Virus record (IMG/VR): IMGVR_UViG_3300030422_000020
Strand: one strand, 5' to 3'
Length of the DNA stretch: 64,000 nucleotides
Origin: a virus
Below the pieces are notes generated by a model. It did no database searches. It was not told the origin of the DNA and was given only the letters and a program-made list of their open reading frames with translations. The translations under genes and the position numbers were made by a program. Of the stretch, positions 1 to 8,920 are shown in pieces (the stretch's first letter is position 1; each line of letters begins with the position of its first letter).

Positions 1-723
1 AATTGCAAGCGTAGCCCATGTATGACGCATATTAGTCATAGATACATATGGCACACCCATCTTCTTGCACTGTGATTTGATGGCGCGAGCTGCCTTATCG
101 GGAGAGACATCGCCGATAAGAAGCCCATGTCCTTTAATCTGCTTTAGGCGCTGACGTGCAAACTTAGGTAGATAGCAAGACCTAGTAGACTTCTCTGTCT
201 TAGTTTTTACTGTGATGATTTGACCGTTCACATATTGACGCGACTTGCTGATACGCACCTCGCCAGTCTTAAGATTGATATCAGACCATTCGAGAGCACA
301 AGCTTCACCACGGCGCAAACCAAGAGTTACAGCACAGATAGTTACGGCTTCAGCCCAATGACCCCACATGCCGCGAAGCATATCTGATACCTCTTGTGCG
401 TCTAAAACATCTGGACGATAAGGTTTAGGATGGTTTACTTCTATGTATGCGGTTGGATCGATAATATGTAGGCGCTTCTTGCGAATCCACCAACGGATAA
501 TTTGGCGAATACATTTAAACGCCTTTTCTCCTGCACCAGCCCTTTCAAATGAGTCTACCCACTCCTGCAAATCATCAGGGCAGATATCTTCAATCTCACA
601 TTCGCCCCATCGCGGAAGTACATGAAGGCGCATTGATGAGTCGTATCCAGCTACAGTAGATGCCGCCCTCTTCTGTGTTTTCTCGGGTAGATAATGCTGT
701 TCATAGATGTCGATAAGTTTCAT
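1..723 (-). CDS. int: tyrosine recombinase/integrase, N-terminal 241 codons (gene continues beyond window start)
   Basis: I translated the minus strand from the ATG at 721-723 down to position 1 with no stop codon: MKLIDIYEQHYLPEK...GLRRGEACALEWSDINLKTGEVRISKS...MRHTWATLAI. GLRRGE..L.W.DI (box I Arg) and RHTWAT (H-x-x-R box) are tyrosine-recombinase catalytic-domain motifs. The ORF is absent from the track because it runs off the window edge. Confidence 0.75.
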   Translation of the reverse strand, partial: MKLIDIYEQHYLPEKTQKRAASTVAGYDSSMRLHVLPRWGECEIEDICPDDLQEWVDSFERAGAGEKAFKCIRQIIRWWIRKKRLHIIDPTAYIEVNHPKPYRPDVLDAQEVSDMLRGMWGHWAEAVTICAVTLGLRRGEACALEWSDINLKTGEVRISKSRQYVNGQIITVKTKTEKSTRSCYLPKFARQRLKQIKGHGLLIGDVSPDKAARAIKSQCKKMGVPYVSMTNMRHTWATLAI

Positions 724-741
724 TTTTTAAATCCTTTCATT

Positions 742-800
742 GAAAAAATCCCACGCAATTTAACTCGAAATGAGTATATAACTTGCGTGGGATTTTTTCA
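742..800. promoter_or_regulatory. perfect 16-bp inverted repeat (GAAAAAATCCCACGCAA / TTGCGTGGGATTTTTTC) with a 24-nt spacer, in the divergent region between int (723) and the tail-fibre operon
   Basis: Read directly from the sequence. It is flanked by A/T runs. The ACGCAA core recurs in 5 direct copies at 5081-5160. Confidence 0.5.
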
Positions 801-917
801 ATGGTGCATATAAATTTATTTATATATAAATTAAAAGTTCTACAATTTTGAATATTAGAAAACACATTTTATGTTACAATATTAACCATATTTATAAACT
901 CTAACGACCAAGGAGGT

Positions 918-1634
918 ATGTCTATGTACGAAGTGCCTTGTTTAGACCTTAACGGAGACACAGTTAATAAATTTTATCAATGGGACATAGACCAGAAGAT
1001 AGTCATTAATCTTGAAGGTTGTGATGAAAACTATCTCAAGAATGCACCAGAGGTACACTTTTGCAATACAAGTAGAACAGAAGCCTTAGTCGTTCGCTCT
1101 ACGGTGTCAAACAACGATACTATAACTGTTGATGTCCCAAATATTTTGTTACAAGAAGCATATCCTTTGCTTGTATATGTATATCTGACAGATGCCAACG
1201 ATTCGTCTTCGCAAAAGACAATTCTATATAGCGAGATTCCTGTTCGCAAACGTGCCATGCCAAGTGATTATCTATATGTCGAAAACATCACTCGCATTAC
1301 CGCCGAGATGATTAAGAAAGAAATTGAGCGAAGCACACAAGACGCCAGAACAAATGCTATCAACGCTATCACATCGACAAAAAATAATGACTGTAAAGCC
1401 GTTGATGATAAAAAGAATAGCTTTATTACAACTGGCGAAGGCCTTGTGCGTACTGCCACGGATATCAAAAACAATACTCAAACTACATATAATAACGCCG
1501 TCAGCGTTGCCAACAAAACACAGGCAACAATTGAAACCGATATGAATAACCTTATGTTAAAAAACGGCCTTAATTTAAAAACCGTAAACGATGGAAGCGG
1601 CAACGTCAATTTAGCTATTGTCATTAAGTCATAA
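918..1634 (+). CDS. hypothetical virion/tail-fibre-associated protein
   Basis: First ORF of the plus-strand operon. A strong RBS (AAGGAGG) lies 6 nt upstream. The C-terminus NDGSGNVNLAIVIKS is shared with the next ORF. Thr/Asn-rich composition is typical of fibre proteins. Confidence 0.35.
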   Translation: MSMYEVPCLDLNGDTVNKFYQWDIDQKIVINLEGCDENYLKNAPEVHFCNTSRTEALVVRSTVSNNDTITVDVPNILLQEAYPLLVYVYLTDANDSSSQKTILYSEIPVRKRAMPSDYLYVENITRITAEMIKKEIERSTQDARTNAINAITSTKNNDCKAVDDKKNSFITTGEGLVRTATDIKNNTQTTYNNAVSVANKTQATIETDMNNLMLKNGLNLKTVNDGSGNVNLAIVIKS

Positions 1635-1640
1635 TAGGAG

Positions 1641-2033
1641 GTGTGCTTATATATGTCAACTGCTTATCATGTTGAAACAATCGAGCGCATCACAGAACAA
1701 ATGTTGGTTGAAGAAGTTCTTGATGAAACAGAGAATATTAAAACAGATACTATAGAGCAAGTAGATAAAATAAAAGACGCTGCTATTGATTATATCACAA
1801 AACAACAGCGCGATCTAATTAATAAACTTGCTGAAACTGGCATAAGAAAAGAATTAAGACAAATAGATAGCGATACTACGGCAATCTATAATAATCTACA
1901 GAAAATTGTGCCGAACACTGATGCCAAGATAGAGAATACCATCAGAAATAAGATTGTAAGTAATGGATACTCTATTTCACTTAATAATGATGGTAGCGGA
2001 AATGTTACCGTTATCTTAGGGAGGATTGCTTAG
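1641..2033 (+). CDS. hypothetical protein sharing a C-terminal motif with the upstream ORF
   Basis: An RBS (TAGGAGG) lies upstream. The C-terminus NNDGSGNVTVILGRIA parallels the end of ORF 918-1634. Confidence 0.35.
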   Translation: MCLYMSTAYHVETIERITEQMLVEEVLDETENIKTDTIEQVDKIKDAAIDYITKQQRDLINKLAETGIRKELRQIDSDTTAIYNNLQKIVPNTDAKIENTIRNKIVSNGYSISLNNDGSGNVTVILGRIA

Positions 2034-2035
2034 AT

Positions 2036-2860
2036 ATGAATGGAAATAAAATAATGAAATCTCTTGGCGGTATGGAAGTATATGACGAAGCCGTCAGAAA
2101 ATATGTAAATGGAATTACTACTGCTGGGACTGGTGCTGCATATACCGCTACCGTGAAGGCGATTGATACTCTTGTCGTTGGCGCTAACTTTGTCATGGTG
2201 CCACATGTCACTAGTACTACTACCGCGCCAACTCTTAATGTGAACGGTCTTGGAGTTAAGAATATCAGGATGCGAATATCTACAGCTCCACAATCGACAA
2301 TTCAGCTTACTAATGCTGGTTTTCTTGTTGCAAATAAACCAGTAAGGCTCGTATATGACGGTCAATATTGGATTGTAGATGATATGGTTCAGCCTAATGC
2401 CAATGGCCTATATGGTACTGTTCCTGTGGCTTCTGGTGGCACTGGTGGCACAACTGTTGAAGAAGCCAGAAACAACTTGGGTCTTGGAAATACAAGCGGC
2501 GCTCTGCCTATTGCCAATGGCGGTACTGGTGCAACTAGCGCCACTGCCGCCAGAAAAGCTCTTGGTCTTGCAAGGGATGATACTGGCACTATTGATATTT
2601 CTGTCGGTGGCACTGGCGCTACCACTGCTGCTGATGCTAGAACGAAGCTTGGTATTACTCCTGCCAACATCGGAGCTGCTGCAAGTTCTCATAAGCATAG
2701 CGCTTCAGATATTACAAGTGGCGCTCTATCAATTGAGCATGGTGGTACTGGTGCAACAAATGCGAAAGCTGCCTTGAATAATCTCGGTATTAAATGGGGA
2801 AGTACGGCGGCTCCCGAGAAGGGTGACCCAAATACAATCTATATCCAGTTGCTTTCTTAG
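2036..2860 (+). CDS. tail fibre protein with tandem GGTGAT repeats
   Basis: Four copies of a ~22-aa repeat: PVASGGTGGTTVEEARNNLGLG, LPIANGGTGATSATAARKALGLA, IDISVGGTGATTAADARTKLGIT and SIEHGGTGATNAKAALNNLGIK. This is the phage tail-fibre repeat pattern. Confidence 0.7.
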   Translation: MNGNKIMKSLGGMEVYDEAVRKYVNGITTAGTGAAYTATVKAIDTLVVGANFVMVPHVTSTTTAPTLNVNGLGVKNIRMRISTAPQSTIQLTNAGFLVANKPVRLVYDGQYWIVDDMVQPNANGLYGTVPVASGGTGGTTVEEARNNLGLGNTSGALPIANGGTGATSATAARKALGLARDDTGTIDISVGGTGATTAADARTKLGITPANIGAAASSHKHSASDITSGALSIEHGGTGATNAKAALNNLGIKWGSTAAPEKGDPNTIYIQLLS

Positions 2861-2872
2861 GTGGTGATGTAG

Positions 2873-3718
2873 ATGGGTTTAACTAATCCTACTAAAAATG
2901 CTTACCCAAGTGCATATGACGTTGTTACTACAACATGTGGTGCTTCTGTAAAAAAAACTAGTGAAACAGTTGCAACTGTGACGATTAGTATTGATTGTCA
3001 TGGCACAGCTGGCTCAGGAGGTGGCCCTGCTCAATACGGCATAGTCGGACAGGTTGGCTATACATGTAATAATAAATCTAATTGGGCAGAGGTCGGCAGA
3101 GGTGTTGCGAATTATGGCGCAACAATTGTCAATGGCTCAAAATCATGGGATATCGAAAGAACAAATGTTGACCAATATTGTGAATGCTGGGCTAAAATTT
3201 GGGGTGAAACGGTTAACGGATATGGCGCGTGGGGTGCCAGCAACGGAGATGGCGCGAGAGTCGGTGTTACGATTCCAGCTCGCCCATATCATGCACATGG
3301 AAATCCAACTTTATCAACTATAAAAACAACTGCACACTACGGTGAAGTCTTAACGTTGTCTTTTGCCAAGAGTGGAACACAGGGCAATGCTAACTTTGAC
3401 CACTTTGAATTGTATCAGGGGGACACTCAGCTATATAAGGGTACTGATACAAGCTATGCAGTAACACCTTCTGATGTTACTGGTGCTAATGGCGGTACTG
3501 TAACATATACTCTTAAAGAAGTGCATGAATGGTATGGTGGATATAAAACAACCACTACTTCTATCTCTATTAAGGTACAGTCTGGTGTTGTCACTATATA
3601 CGATGAAAACAGGGTAAAGCACGTTGGTCTTGTCACAATGTATGATGAGCAGCGTGTCAAGCACTATGTATTGATTACCGCATATGACAAAGATAGTAAT
3701 GCTCATAATGTGGTATAA
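2873..3718 (+). CDS. putative tail fibre / receptor-binding protein
   Basis: In-operon ORF, Gly/Thr/Tyr-rich, sitting between two recognisable fibre proteins. Confidence 0.4.
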   Translation: MGLTNPTKNAYPSAYDVVTTTCGASVKKTSETVATVTISIDCHGTAGSGGGPAQYGIVGQVGYTCNNKSNWAEVGRGVANYGATIVNGSKSWDIERTNVDQYCECWAKIWGETVNGYGAWGASNGDGARVGVTIPARPYHAHGNPTLSTIKTTAHYGEVLTLSFAKSGTQGNANFDHFELYQGDTQLYKGTDTSYAVTPSDVTGANGGTVTYTLKEVHEWYGGYKTTTTSISIKVQSGVVTIYDENRVKHVGLVTMYDEQRVKHYVLITAYDKDSNAHNVV

Positions 3719-3787
3719 TATAGGCAACATAAGTTAGGCTGCGTTCTAAGGAGAACATTATGTCTGAAACATCAGAGCAATCTTTTA

Positions 3788-4573
3788 TTGGCACAATATC
3801 AACCAATGAGATTTGGAGGGGGTAATGATACAAGTCGGTGTCTAACTGACGATCTAAATGCTATGGACACAATTCATGAATCTTTGTCAAGCACTTATGC
3901 CGCGAAGAATCATACGCACTCTGGATATGCTGCTAAAAACCACACTCACAGTTATCTGCCTTTAAGCGGTGGCACACTCACAGGAAATGTCACAACAAGC
4001 AAAGACATTAATATGGGTGTAGAAGCTGCTATACAAGGCAAGACATCAGACGGAACTTTAAAGAATGTATTCGTCCCCGTGTCTGCTGCTGGCAATACGG
4101 CAATTGGATATGATAACTATCAAAAGTCTAACGGAACAACCAATCTATACGGTAACTCTGTTCGTATTTGGAGTAAGACTGGCGGTCTTACTGGTTCTAA
4201 TTATGGAGAAAATAAGGTGTTATGGAGCGGTGCTTTATACGTAAAAGAGGACGCTACTATTACCCTTTCTGGCAATGTGTCTGCACAACCTCATGGCATT
4301 TCTCTAATATTCAGTGCATATGACGTTGCCAATACATCTCCTGTTAATTCTAGCTGGAACTCTTTCTTTATTCCTAAATACGCCGTAGCAAATGATAACG
4401 GCGGTGGGTTCTCATTCATACTTGAGCGTGGTGGAAAGTTCTACAAGAAGTATCTTTATATTAATAATAATGAGATAAAGGGTAATGCTGTAAATAACAA
4501 CTCAGCCCTTTCTCTTCATGGTCAAACAGTTGACAACAGAAACATGGTTCTTCGTTACGTAATCGGTGTTTAA
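3788..4573 (+). CDS. tail fibre protein with tandem A-A-K-N-H-T-H-S motif (two consecutive copies)
   Basis: YAAKNHTHSGYAAKNHTHSYLPLSGGTLTGNV is the His-containing short repeat typical of phage long-tail-fibre shafts. It is the last ORF before a strong terminator. Confidence 0.6.
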   Translation: MAQYQPMRFGGGNDTSRCLTDDLNAMDTIHESLSSTYAAKNHTHSGYAAKNHTHSYLPLSGGTLTGNVTTSKDINMGVEAAIQGKTSDGTLKNVFVPVSAAGNTAIGYDNYQKSNGTTNLYGNSVRIWSKTGGLTGSNYGENKVLWSGALYVKEDATITLSGNVSAQPHGISLIFSAYDVANTSPVNSSWNSFFIPKYAVANDNGGGFSFILERGGKFYKKYLYINNNEIKGNAVNNNSALSLHGQTVDNRNMVLRYVIGV

Positions 4574-4581
4574 ATAATTCA

Positions 4582-4615
4582 GGGAAACAGATTAACTTCT
4601 GTTTCCCTTTTTTTT
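4582..4615 (+). terminator. rho-independent terminator of the tail-fibre operon
   Basis: GGGAAACAG-attaacttc-CTGTTTCCC followed by T8. Confidence 0.75.
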
Positions 4616-4739
4616 ACGATTTTTGATTATCTTCTTTTTCAATAATGTATTTTAAATCACTGCGAATAGATTGTATTTCCTTTTGAACACTTTCTAATCT
4701 AGCCAGAATCTTTATTATTGAATCTTGTTGTAATGCCAT
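4614..4739 (-). CDS. small ORF (41 aa), MALQQDSIIKILARLESVQKEIQSIRSDLKYIIEKEDNQKS
   Basis: Hand translation. It is below the track's 60-aa cut-off. Predicted helical, uncertain. Confidence 0.2.
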   Translation of the reverse strand: MALQQDSIIKILARLESVQKEIQSIRSDLKYIIEKEDNQKS

Positions 4740-5080
4740 TGTGAACAACTCCTTTTAGATATTAATTATAGTATATAAAAAAGAGGTTCAATTAAGAACC
4801 TCAGTGAGTGTAAGGTATTGTATGTTTGAGCCTAGTTGCGTAGACTTAGCTGAAGGAAATGGACGATAGTGTTTAAGCAAATCCATAAGCAAATATGACT
4901 CAAATACATACAACATTAATATAAGGTATTGCTTAATTTAAGCAAATATAGGAAATCTTCAAACCCTTATCTATCAAGGAGTTATAATTACTTACTCGTT
5001 GTTATCTCCTAGAACTCCAAATGCAAAGCCATTATATATATTACTTTATTTATATGGCGTTTGCAAGCCTGTTTAGAAAT

Positions 5081-5160
5081 TTTACGCAAACGATACGCAA
5101 CTGATTTAAAACGTAAAAAATAAATTTGCTTAAATTTCTACGCAAATTGAATCTCTACGC
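5081..5160. repeat. five direct copies of ACGCAA(A) within 80 bp, immediately downstream of int 5197-6393
   Basis: ttACGCAAAcgatACGCAActg...tctACGCAAAttgaatctctACGCAAAtACGCAAAtaatg. The position (3' of int) is like lambda attP arm-type sites. Confidence 0.45.
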
Positions 5161-5196
5161 AAATACGCAAATAATGAATAAAAAAAAAGACTCCCA

Positions 5197-6393
5197 TTAT
5201 AATAGGAAGTCTTCTGCTTTTGCTACCTCTTCATTCAGTTTTGTCTCTAACAAGTGGGTATATTTCAAAGTGGTAGCATAACTAGTATGCCCCATGATTC
5301 TTTGTATAAACACTGGATCTAATTTCTTTTCAAAACACCTAGTAGCAAACGTATGTCTAAACGCATGTGGATAAATGTGTTCCATTTTTTCTGGCGCTCT
5401 GCCTTCTATTGCCGCATTATATTCTTCTTTTTCGTTGATGTTCTTCAATACCTTTTCAATGTTATGGGATAATGCATATCTTGTTACTGGCGAGCCAAGT
5501 GTTGTCGTAAAAACTAAATCGCCTAACTCTGGTCGCAATCTCCACCTACTTCCAAGCTTTGCTTTGTATTGGTCTTGTTTTACCTTCCAATCTTTAAATA
5601 GTTCTCCTACATTCCCGAAGAATGGAATAGTTCTGTAGCTATTGCTCGTCTTTGGTGTTGTGAGGTATTCCATTTTCTTACCGTCAACATAACCAATGCT
5701 CAGGCTTCTTTGTATTCTGATTGTTTTGTTTTGCCAGTTTATATCTTGCCATTGAAGACCGCTGAATTCGCCTATTCTCATGCCAGTAAGTAATAAGATT
5801 TGGTAAGCTTCATTATAATACTCATGTTCTATTTCATCTAAAAACATCTTCATTTCACGAGAACTCAAAACCCTACGTTCTTGAACAGCTTCATTCTCGT
5901 CTTTTATTGCTATATTAATACACGGATTAGACTTAATGATTTGATTCATAACCGCTATATCCAAACACTCTCTGAGTACGCCAAGTGCTTCTCTCAGCGT
6001 TCTTGCCTTGAATTTACTAAGTAATTCGTTTGTTGTATCTTGCATATTCATATGAGATATATTCTCTATCTTTTTATCTCCTATTGCAGCAATGTATGTG
6101 TTGGATACTTTTCTATGATATGCCCTTTTGGACACTTCCGACTTCAATGCTGGCTTTTTGTATTTTTCAAACCACTCTTCAAACCATTCAGACAGTGTAA
6201 GGTTTGGTCTAATATTCTTTTCGTCTCTTAGAATCTTAATTTTTTCTTCTTCAAAACGTTTCTTTAATGTTGGTAGATGCATATCATAAAGACACAGCTT
6301 AACACCGTTAATCATACACCGCGCTTCAAAACGTTTATCTTTTCGTTGACTGTATCCGCGCCCCAAGTCTTTGCCTTTAAGGTCTTTTCCCAT
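5197..6393 (-). CDS. int: tyrosine integrase/recombinase (398 aa)
   Basis: C-terminal catalytic motifs: LTGMRIGEFSGLQWQDI (box I), HAFRHTFATRC (H-x-x-R) and GHTSYATTLKYTHL (the catalytic Tyr region). Confidence 0.85.
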   Translation of the reverse strand: MGKDLKGKDLGRGYSQRKDKRFEARCMINGVKLCLYDMHLPTLKKRFEEEKIKILRDEKNIRPNLTLSEWFEEWFEKYKKPALKSEVSKRAYHRKVSNTYIAAIGDKKIENISHMNMQDTTNELLSKFKARTLREALGVLRECLDIAVMNQIIKSNPCINIAIKDENEAVQERRVLSSREMKMFLDEIEHEYYNEAYQILLLTGMRIGEFSGLQWQDINWQNKTIRIQRSLSIGYVDGKKMEYLTTPKTSNSYRTIPFFGNVGELFKDWKVKQDQYKAKLGSRWRLRPELGDLVFTTTLGSPVTRYALSHNIEKVLKNINEKEEYNAAIEGRAPEKMEHIYPHAFRHTFATRCFEKKLDPVFIQRIMGHTSYATTLKYTHLLETKLNEEVAKAEDFLL

Positions 6394-6492
6394 GATGTTA
6401 ACACACCTTTATAATATATTTTTACAACAATATTGTATCTTTGTTTTACGTAAATTACAAAAGATAAGTTCTATAAAGAATATTTGCACAAA

Positions 6493-6520
6493 AATGGGGC
6501 TATAACAAGCCCCATAACAT
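6493..6520 (-). terminator. hairpin GGGGCT-ATAACAA-GCCCC downstream of ORF 6527-7066
   Basis: Stem-loop with a flanking A/T run on the minus-strand side. Confidence 0.4.
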
Positions 6521-6526
6521 ATATAT

Positions 6527-7066
6527 TTAGTTGTTATTTAGATTATACTTCTTGTAAATCTCTTCTTTTATCTCAACGTCTGATTTCGAATCAAGATAAG
6601 CATACTCTTTCATATACCAATCAGACTTATCCATATCTTCTTTGCCGCCCTTATCAAATGCGCGCTTGCGATATTTATGTGCATTTAACTTACAGAAGAA
6701 CATCGTCTCCACAACGCCGTATAGAAGAATCATTTCATCAATACATTCAATACCATGCTCGTAATGAGCAGGATGGTTCACAGCATCATGCTCTTCGTCA
6801 TTCTCTTCGTTCACAAACACCTTTTTAATTGCGTTATTGCTGTTCATGCTGTTTACAAACGTAATAACCTTTGTAAGCTCAACTGCGTCACCGCTAATAA
6901 GGAGACTGCCCATGTCATTCTTATCATAACGAACTGTTGCCATATTACTCATCCTCTCCTGTAATAAGCTCTGAATGCGGAAGTGACTTAATCCAGTCGC
7001 AGAACGTATGCCACTCATCAAGTTTATGATTCTTACGAGACTTATACATATTTGCAAGAACCTCAT
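6527..7066 (-). CDS. DUF3310-like protein
   Basis: The HPAHYEHGIECIDEMILLYG motif matches my recollection of the DUF3310 signature (N-H-P-x-H-Y...I-E-x-I-D). This family is frequent in phage nucleotide-metabolism clusters. Confidence 0.4.
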   Translation of the reverse strand: MRFLQICISLVRIINLMSGIRSATGLSHFRIQSLLQERMSNMATVRYDKNDMGSLLISGDAVELTKVITFVNSMNSNNAIKKVFVNEENDEEHDAVNHPAHYEHGIECIDEMILLYGVVETMFFCKLNAHKYRKRAFDKGGKEDMDKSDWYMKEYAYLDSKSDVEIKEEIYKKYNLNNN

Positions 7067-7634
7067 AGTTTAGCATGACGGTACGCTTCTGGTTATATGA
7101 ACTAGGTAGAAGCTGAATCATGTACCACCAATACTTCTTGTCCTTGGTTTCGTTGTATAGTTCACGATAGACATTTAGATGACATACGATGAAGTCTAAT
7201 AAGTTCTCTGAACTCCTAGTCGTGTCAACCCAGCCTTCTTCGTGGATTGGCTCGCCATAGATTTCATTTGATAGATGTTCATGGCTGAAGTCATCAACGG
7301 TAAACTCTTTAGCTTGAATTTTATGCATGGTGCTACACGAATTGGCTACAGTGCCTACCTTGTATGTGTCGTATTCTTTGTACCAGTATAGCGGAGCAGT
7401 GATATCACAATACACGACAATCATACGGAGATATTTACGATGATCTATGCCAGCGTTGCGAAGACGCTTCATAAGTCCTAGGTCGTTATCGCCAATTTCA
7501 AATACGCCCTTATATGAATCTCCGCCATAATACTTATATTCGCTATCGCTCTTAGCCCAAGAGTTCATGGGGTTACGCATACCACGGATAGCGGGTTCTA
7601 ATCCACATATTTCGGTGTTTTCAATTTTTAGCAT
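6945..7634 (-). CDS. ThyX-fold (FAD-dependent thymidylate synthase-like) protein, divergent
   Basis: Hand alignment to T. maritima ThyX. The conserved APIF/APLY core and the C-terminal block (LPxxxYxxxTxxxNxxxLxN(F/M)xxxRxxxHxxxExxxxxxxW) align. The RHR...SxxRY dUMP-binding signature is not recognisable, so activity is uncertain. Confidence 0.35.
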   Translation of the reverse strand: MLKIENTEICGLEPAIRGMRNPMNSWAKSDSEYKYYGGDSYKGVFEIGDNDLGLMKRLRNAGIDHRKYLRMIVVYCDITAPLYWYKEYDTYKVGTVANSCSTMHKIQAKEFTVDDFSHEHLSNEIYGEPIHEEGWVDTTRSSENLLDFIVCHLNVYRELYNETKDKKYWWYMIQLLPSSYNQKRTVMLNYEVLANMYKSRKNHKLDEWHTFCDWIKSLPHSELITGEDE

Positions 7635-7710
7635 ACATCCTCCTACTTATATAAAGTGCCAAAAGACTAATATCTTTATATGTCTTTTGGCACCATTATA
7701 GCATATATAT

Positions 7711-8376
7711 TTATTTGTTTAGGTAGGTATCAATGGCAATCTCTAAAAATTTTAGATAGTCTTCCCAAAGACCTTTAGCATATACGTAAGCTTTTGTATC
7801 TCTAGAAAGACACATGGCTTTAGCATCACTAACATAATCAAACGGCTTGCGCTTTCCCTTTGGACGAAGCTTCTTGGCTAAAACTTCATTTAGGAAATTT
7901 TTATTCGCAGTTCTGATTACACTCATACCACTAGAGCCAAGCTTTGAAACTAGACTTTTATAACGAGCAAGCTCATTTTCGGGTATATCTACCTGCGCTT
8001 TTGGTAGGTTCTTTGACGAGAATGGGCTAGTTTTCGCACCACTGGTCTTAGGCTTCATTAAAGAAGCAACTTGATCCATATCAGAAGCGTTGAACTTAAA
8101 TACTACCTCTTCATCTGATTCATCGCAGTCAAAAACATTTACACCATTCTTCTTTAGGGCTTTGACCACATTATGACCACGTTGAACAGATGGGATGTAA
8201 GCAATTAGTTTAGACCTGCCATAATGCCAGATTCTTGAATTATAATAACATGGAATATATACGTTATCCTCATCAATCTTACCATTGCAATCATGGCAGA
8301 AATCATTTGTGGCATTATTGATAACAGGTAGAATGCGATACACATGCTTATAATGATTAACTAAATAACTACTCAC
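7711..8376 (-). CDS. hypothetical protein (221 aa)
   Basis: ORF co-directional with the gene array. The N-terminal half is Cys/His-rich. No recognisable catalytic motif. Confidence 0.4.
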   Translation of the reverse strand: MSSYLVNHYKHVYRILPVINNATNDFCHDCNGKIDEDNVYIPCYYNSRIWHYGRSKLIAYIPSVQRGHNVVKALKKNGVNVFDCDESDEEVVFKFNASDMDQVASLMKPKTSGAKTSPFSSKNLPKAQVDIPENELARYKSLVSKLGSSGMSVIRTANKNFLNEVLAKKLRPKGKRKPFDYVSDAKAMCLSRDTKAYVYAKGLWEDYLKFLEIAIDTYLNK

Positions 8377-8389
8377 TGAACCACCTCCA

Positions 8390-8920
8390 CTATTTAAACT
8401 TCACTTCATATTCAATAATTGGCTCAGCGACATAGCATGACAGAGCGCATGATACCTCGACAGCTTTCTTAGGAGAATGATTTAAATATAATGCTGCGTT
8501 TGCAAAATCCATCCCAGCGCCAATGGCTTCATAATTCTTAATGCGATAAACAAGCAGTCCGCTTATGTAAAATGCTTTTTCATCAAACACAAGAATATAC
8601 GCATTCTCAATATCGCCGTCTGCACCAAATGTTTTCTTCCACTTTGAGAACTCTGCGACAAAACCGAGAACGTCTTTCTCTGTTGCGCTCAATGGCTTAT
8701 GCGTTTCTGCATAGAGCCACATTAGACTGCCTTCGTCAGCATTGCCAACTGTGCCGATAATCATATCGTTTACTTTACAAAGCTTTGTAAAATTGCCATC
8801 TGTCTTCTTGGAAGAGCCGTAGCAGACAATGGAGTCTGCTGCGACTTTAATTTTATCATCATATACTTTTACCGCGACTACGCTCATATAAACACCTACA
8901 GATAATCCCCGATAGACCAA
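8390..8920 (-). CDS. HslV / proteasome-beta-like Ntn-hydrolase peptidase
   Basis: An internal start MSVVAVKVYDDKIKVAADSIVCYG parallels the HslV [23 protein letters not shown] block. The C-terminal EAIGAGMDFANAALYLNHSP...VSCALSCYVAEP parallels HslV AIGSGGPYAQAAARALL...ALDIAGDI. This rests on my recollection of the HslV sequence. Confidence 0.45.
   Translation of the reverse strand: MVYRGLSVGVYMSVVAVKVYDDKIKVAADSIVCYGSSKKTDGNFTKLCKVNDMIIGTVGNADEGSLMWLYAETHKPLSATEKDVLGFVAEFSKWKKTFGADGDIENAYILVFDEKAFYISGLLVYRIKNYEAIGAGMDFANAALYLNHSPKKAVEVSCALSCYVAEPIIEYEVKFK

Noticed and set aside
1031-2698. Several 60-110-aa minus-strand ORFs inside the plus-strand tail-fibre genes (e.g. 1031-1258, 1268-1474, 2389-2670, 2408-2698)
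   Set aside because: They are fully nested antisense to well-supported fibre genes, and 2389-2670 and 2408-2698 are simply antisense to the Gly/Thr-rich repeat region. No independent signals were found.
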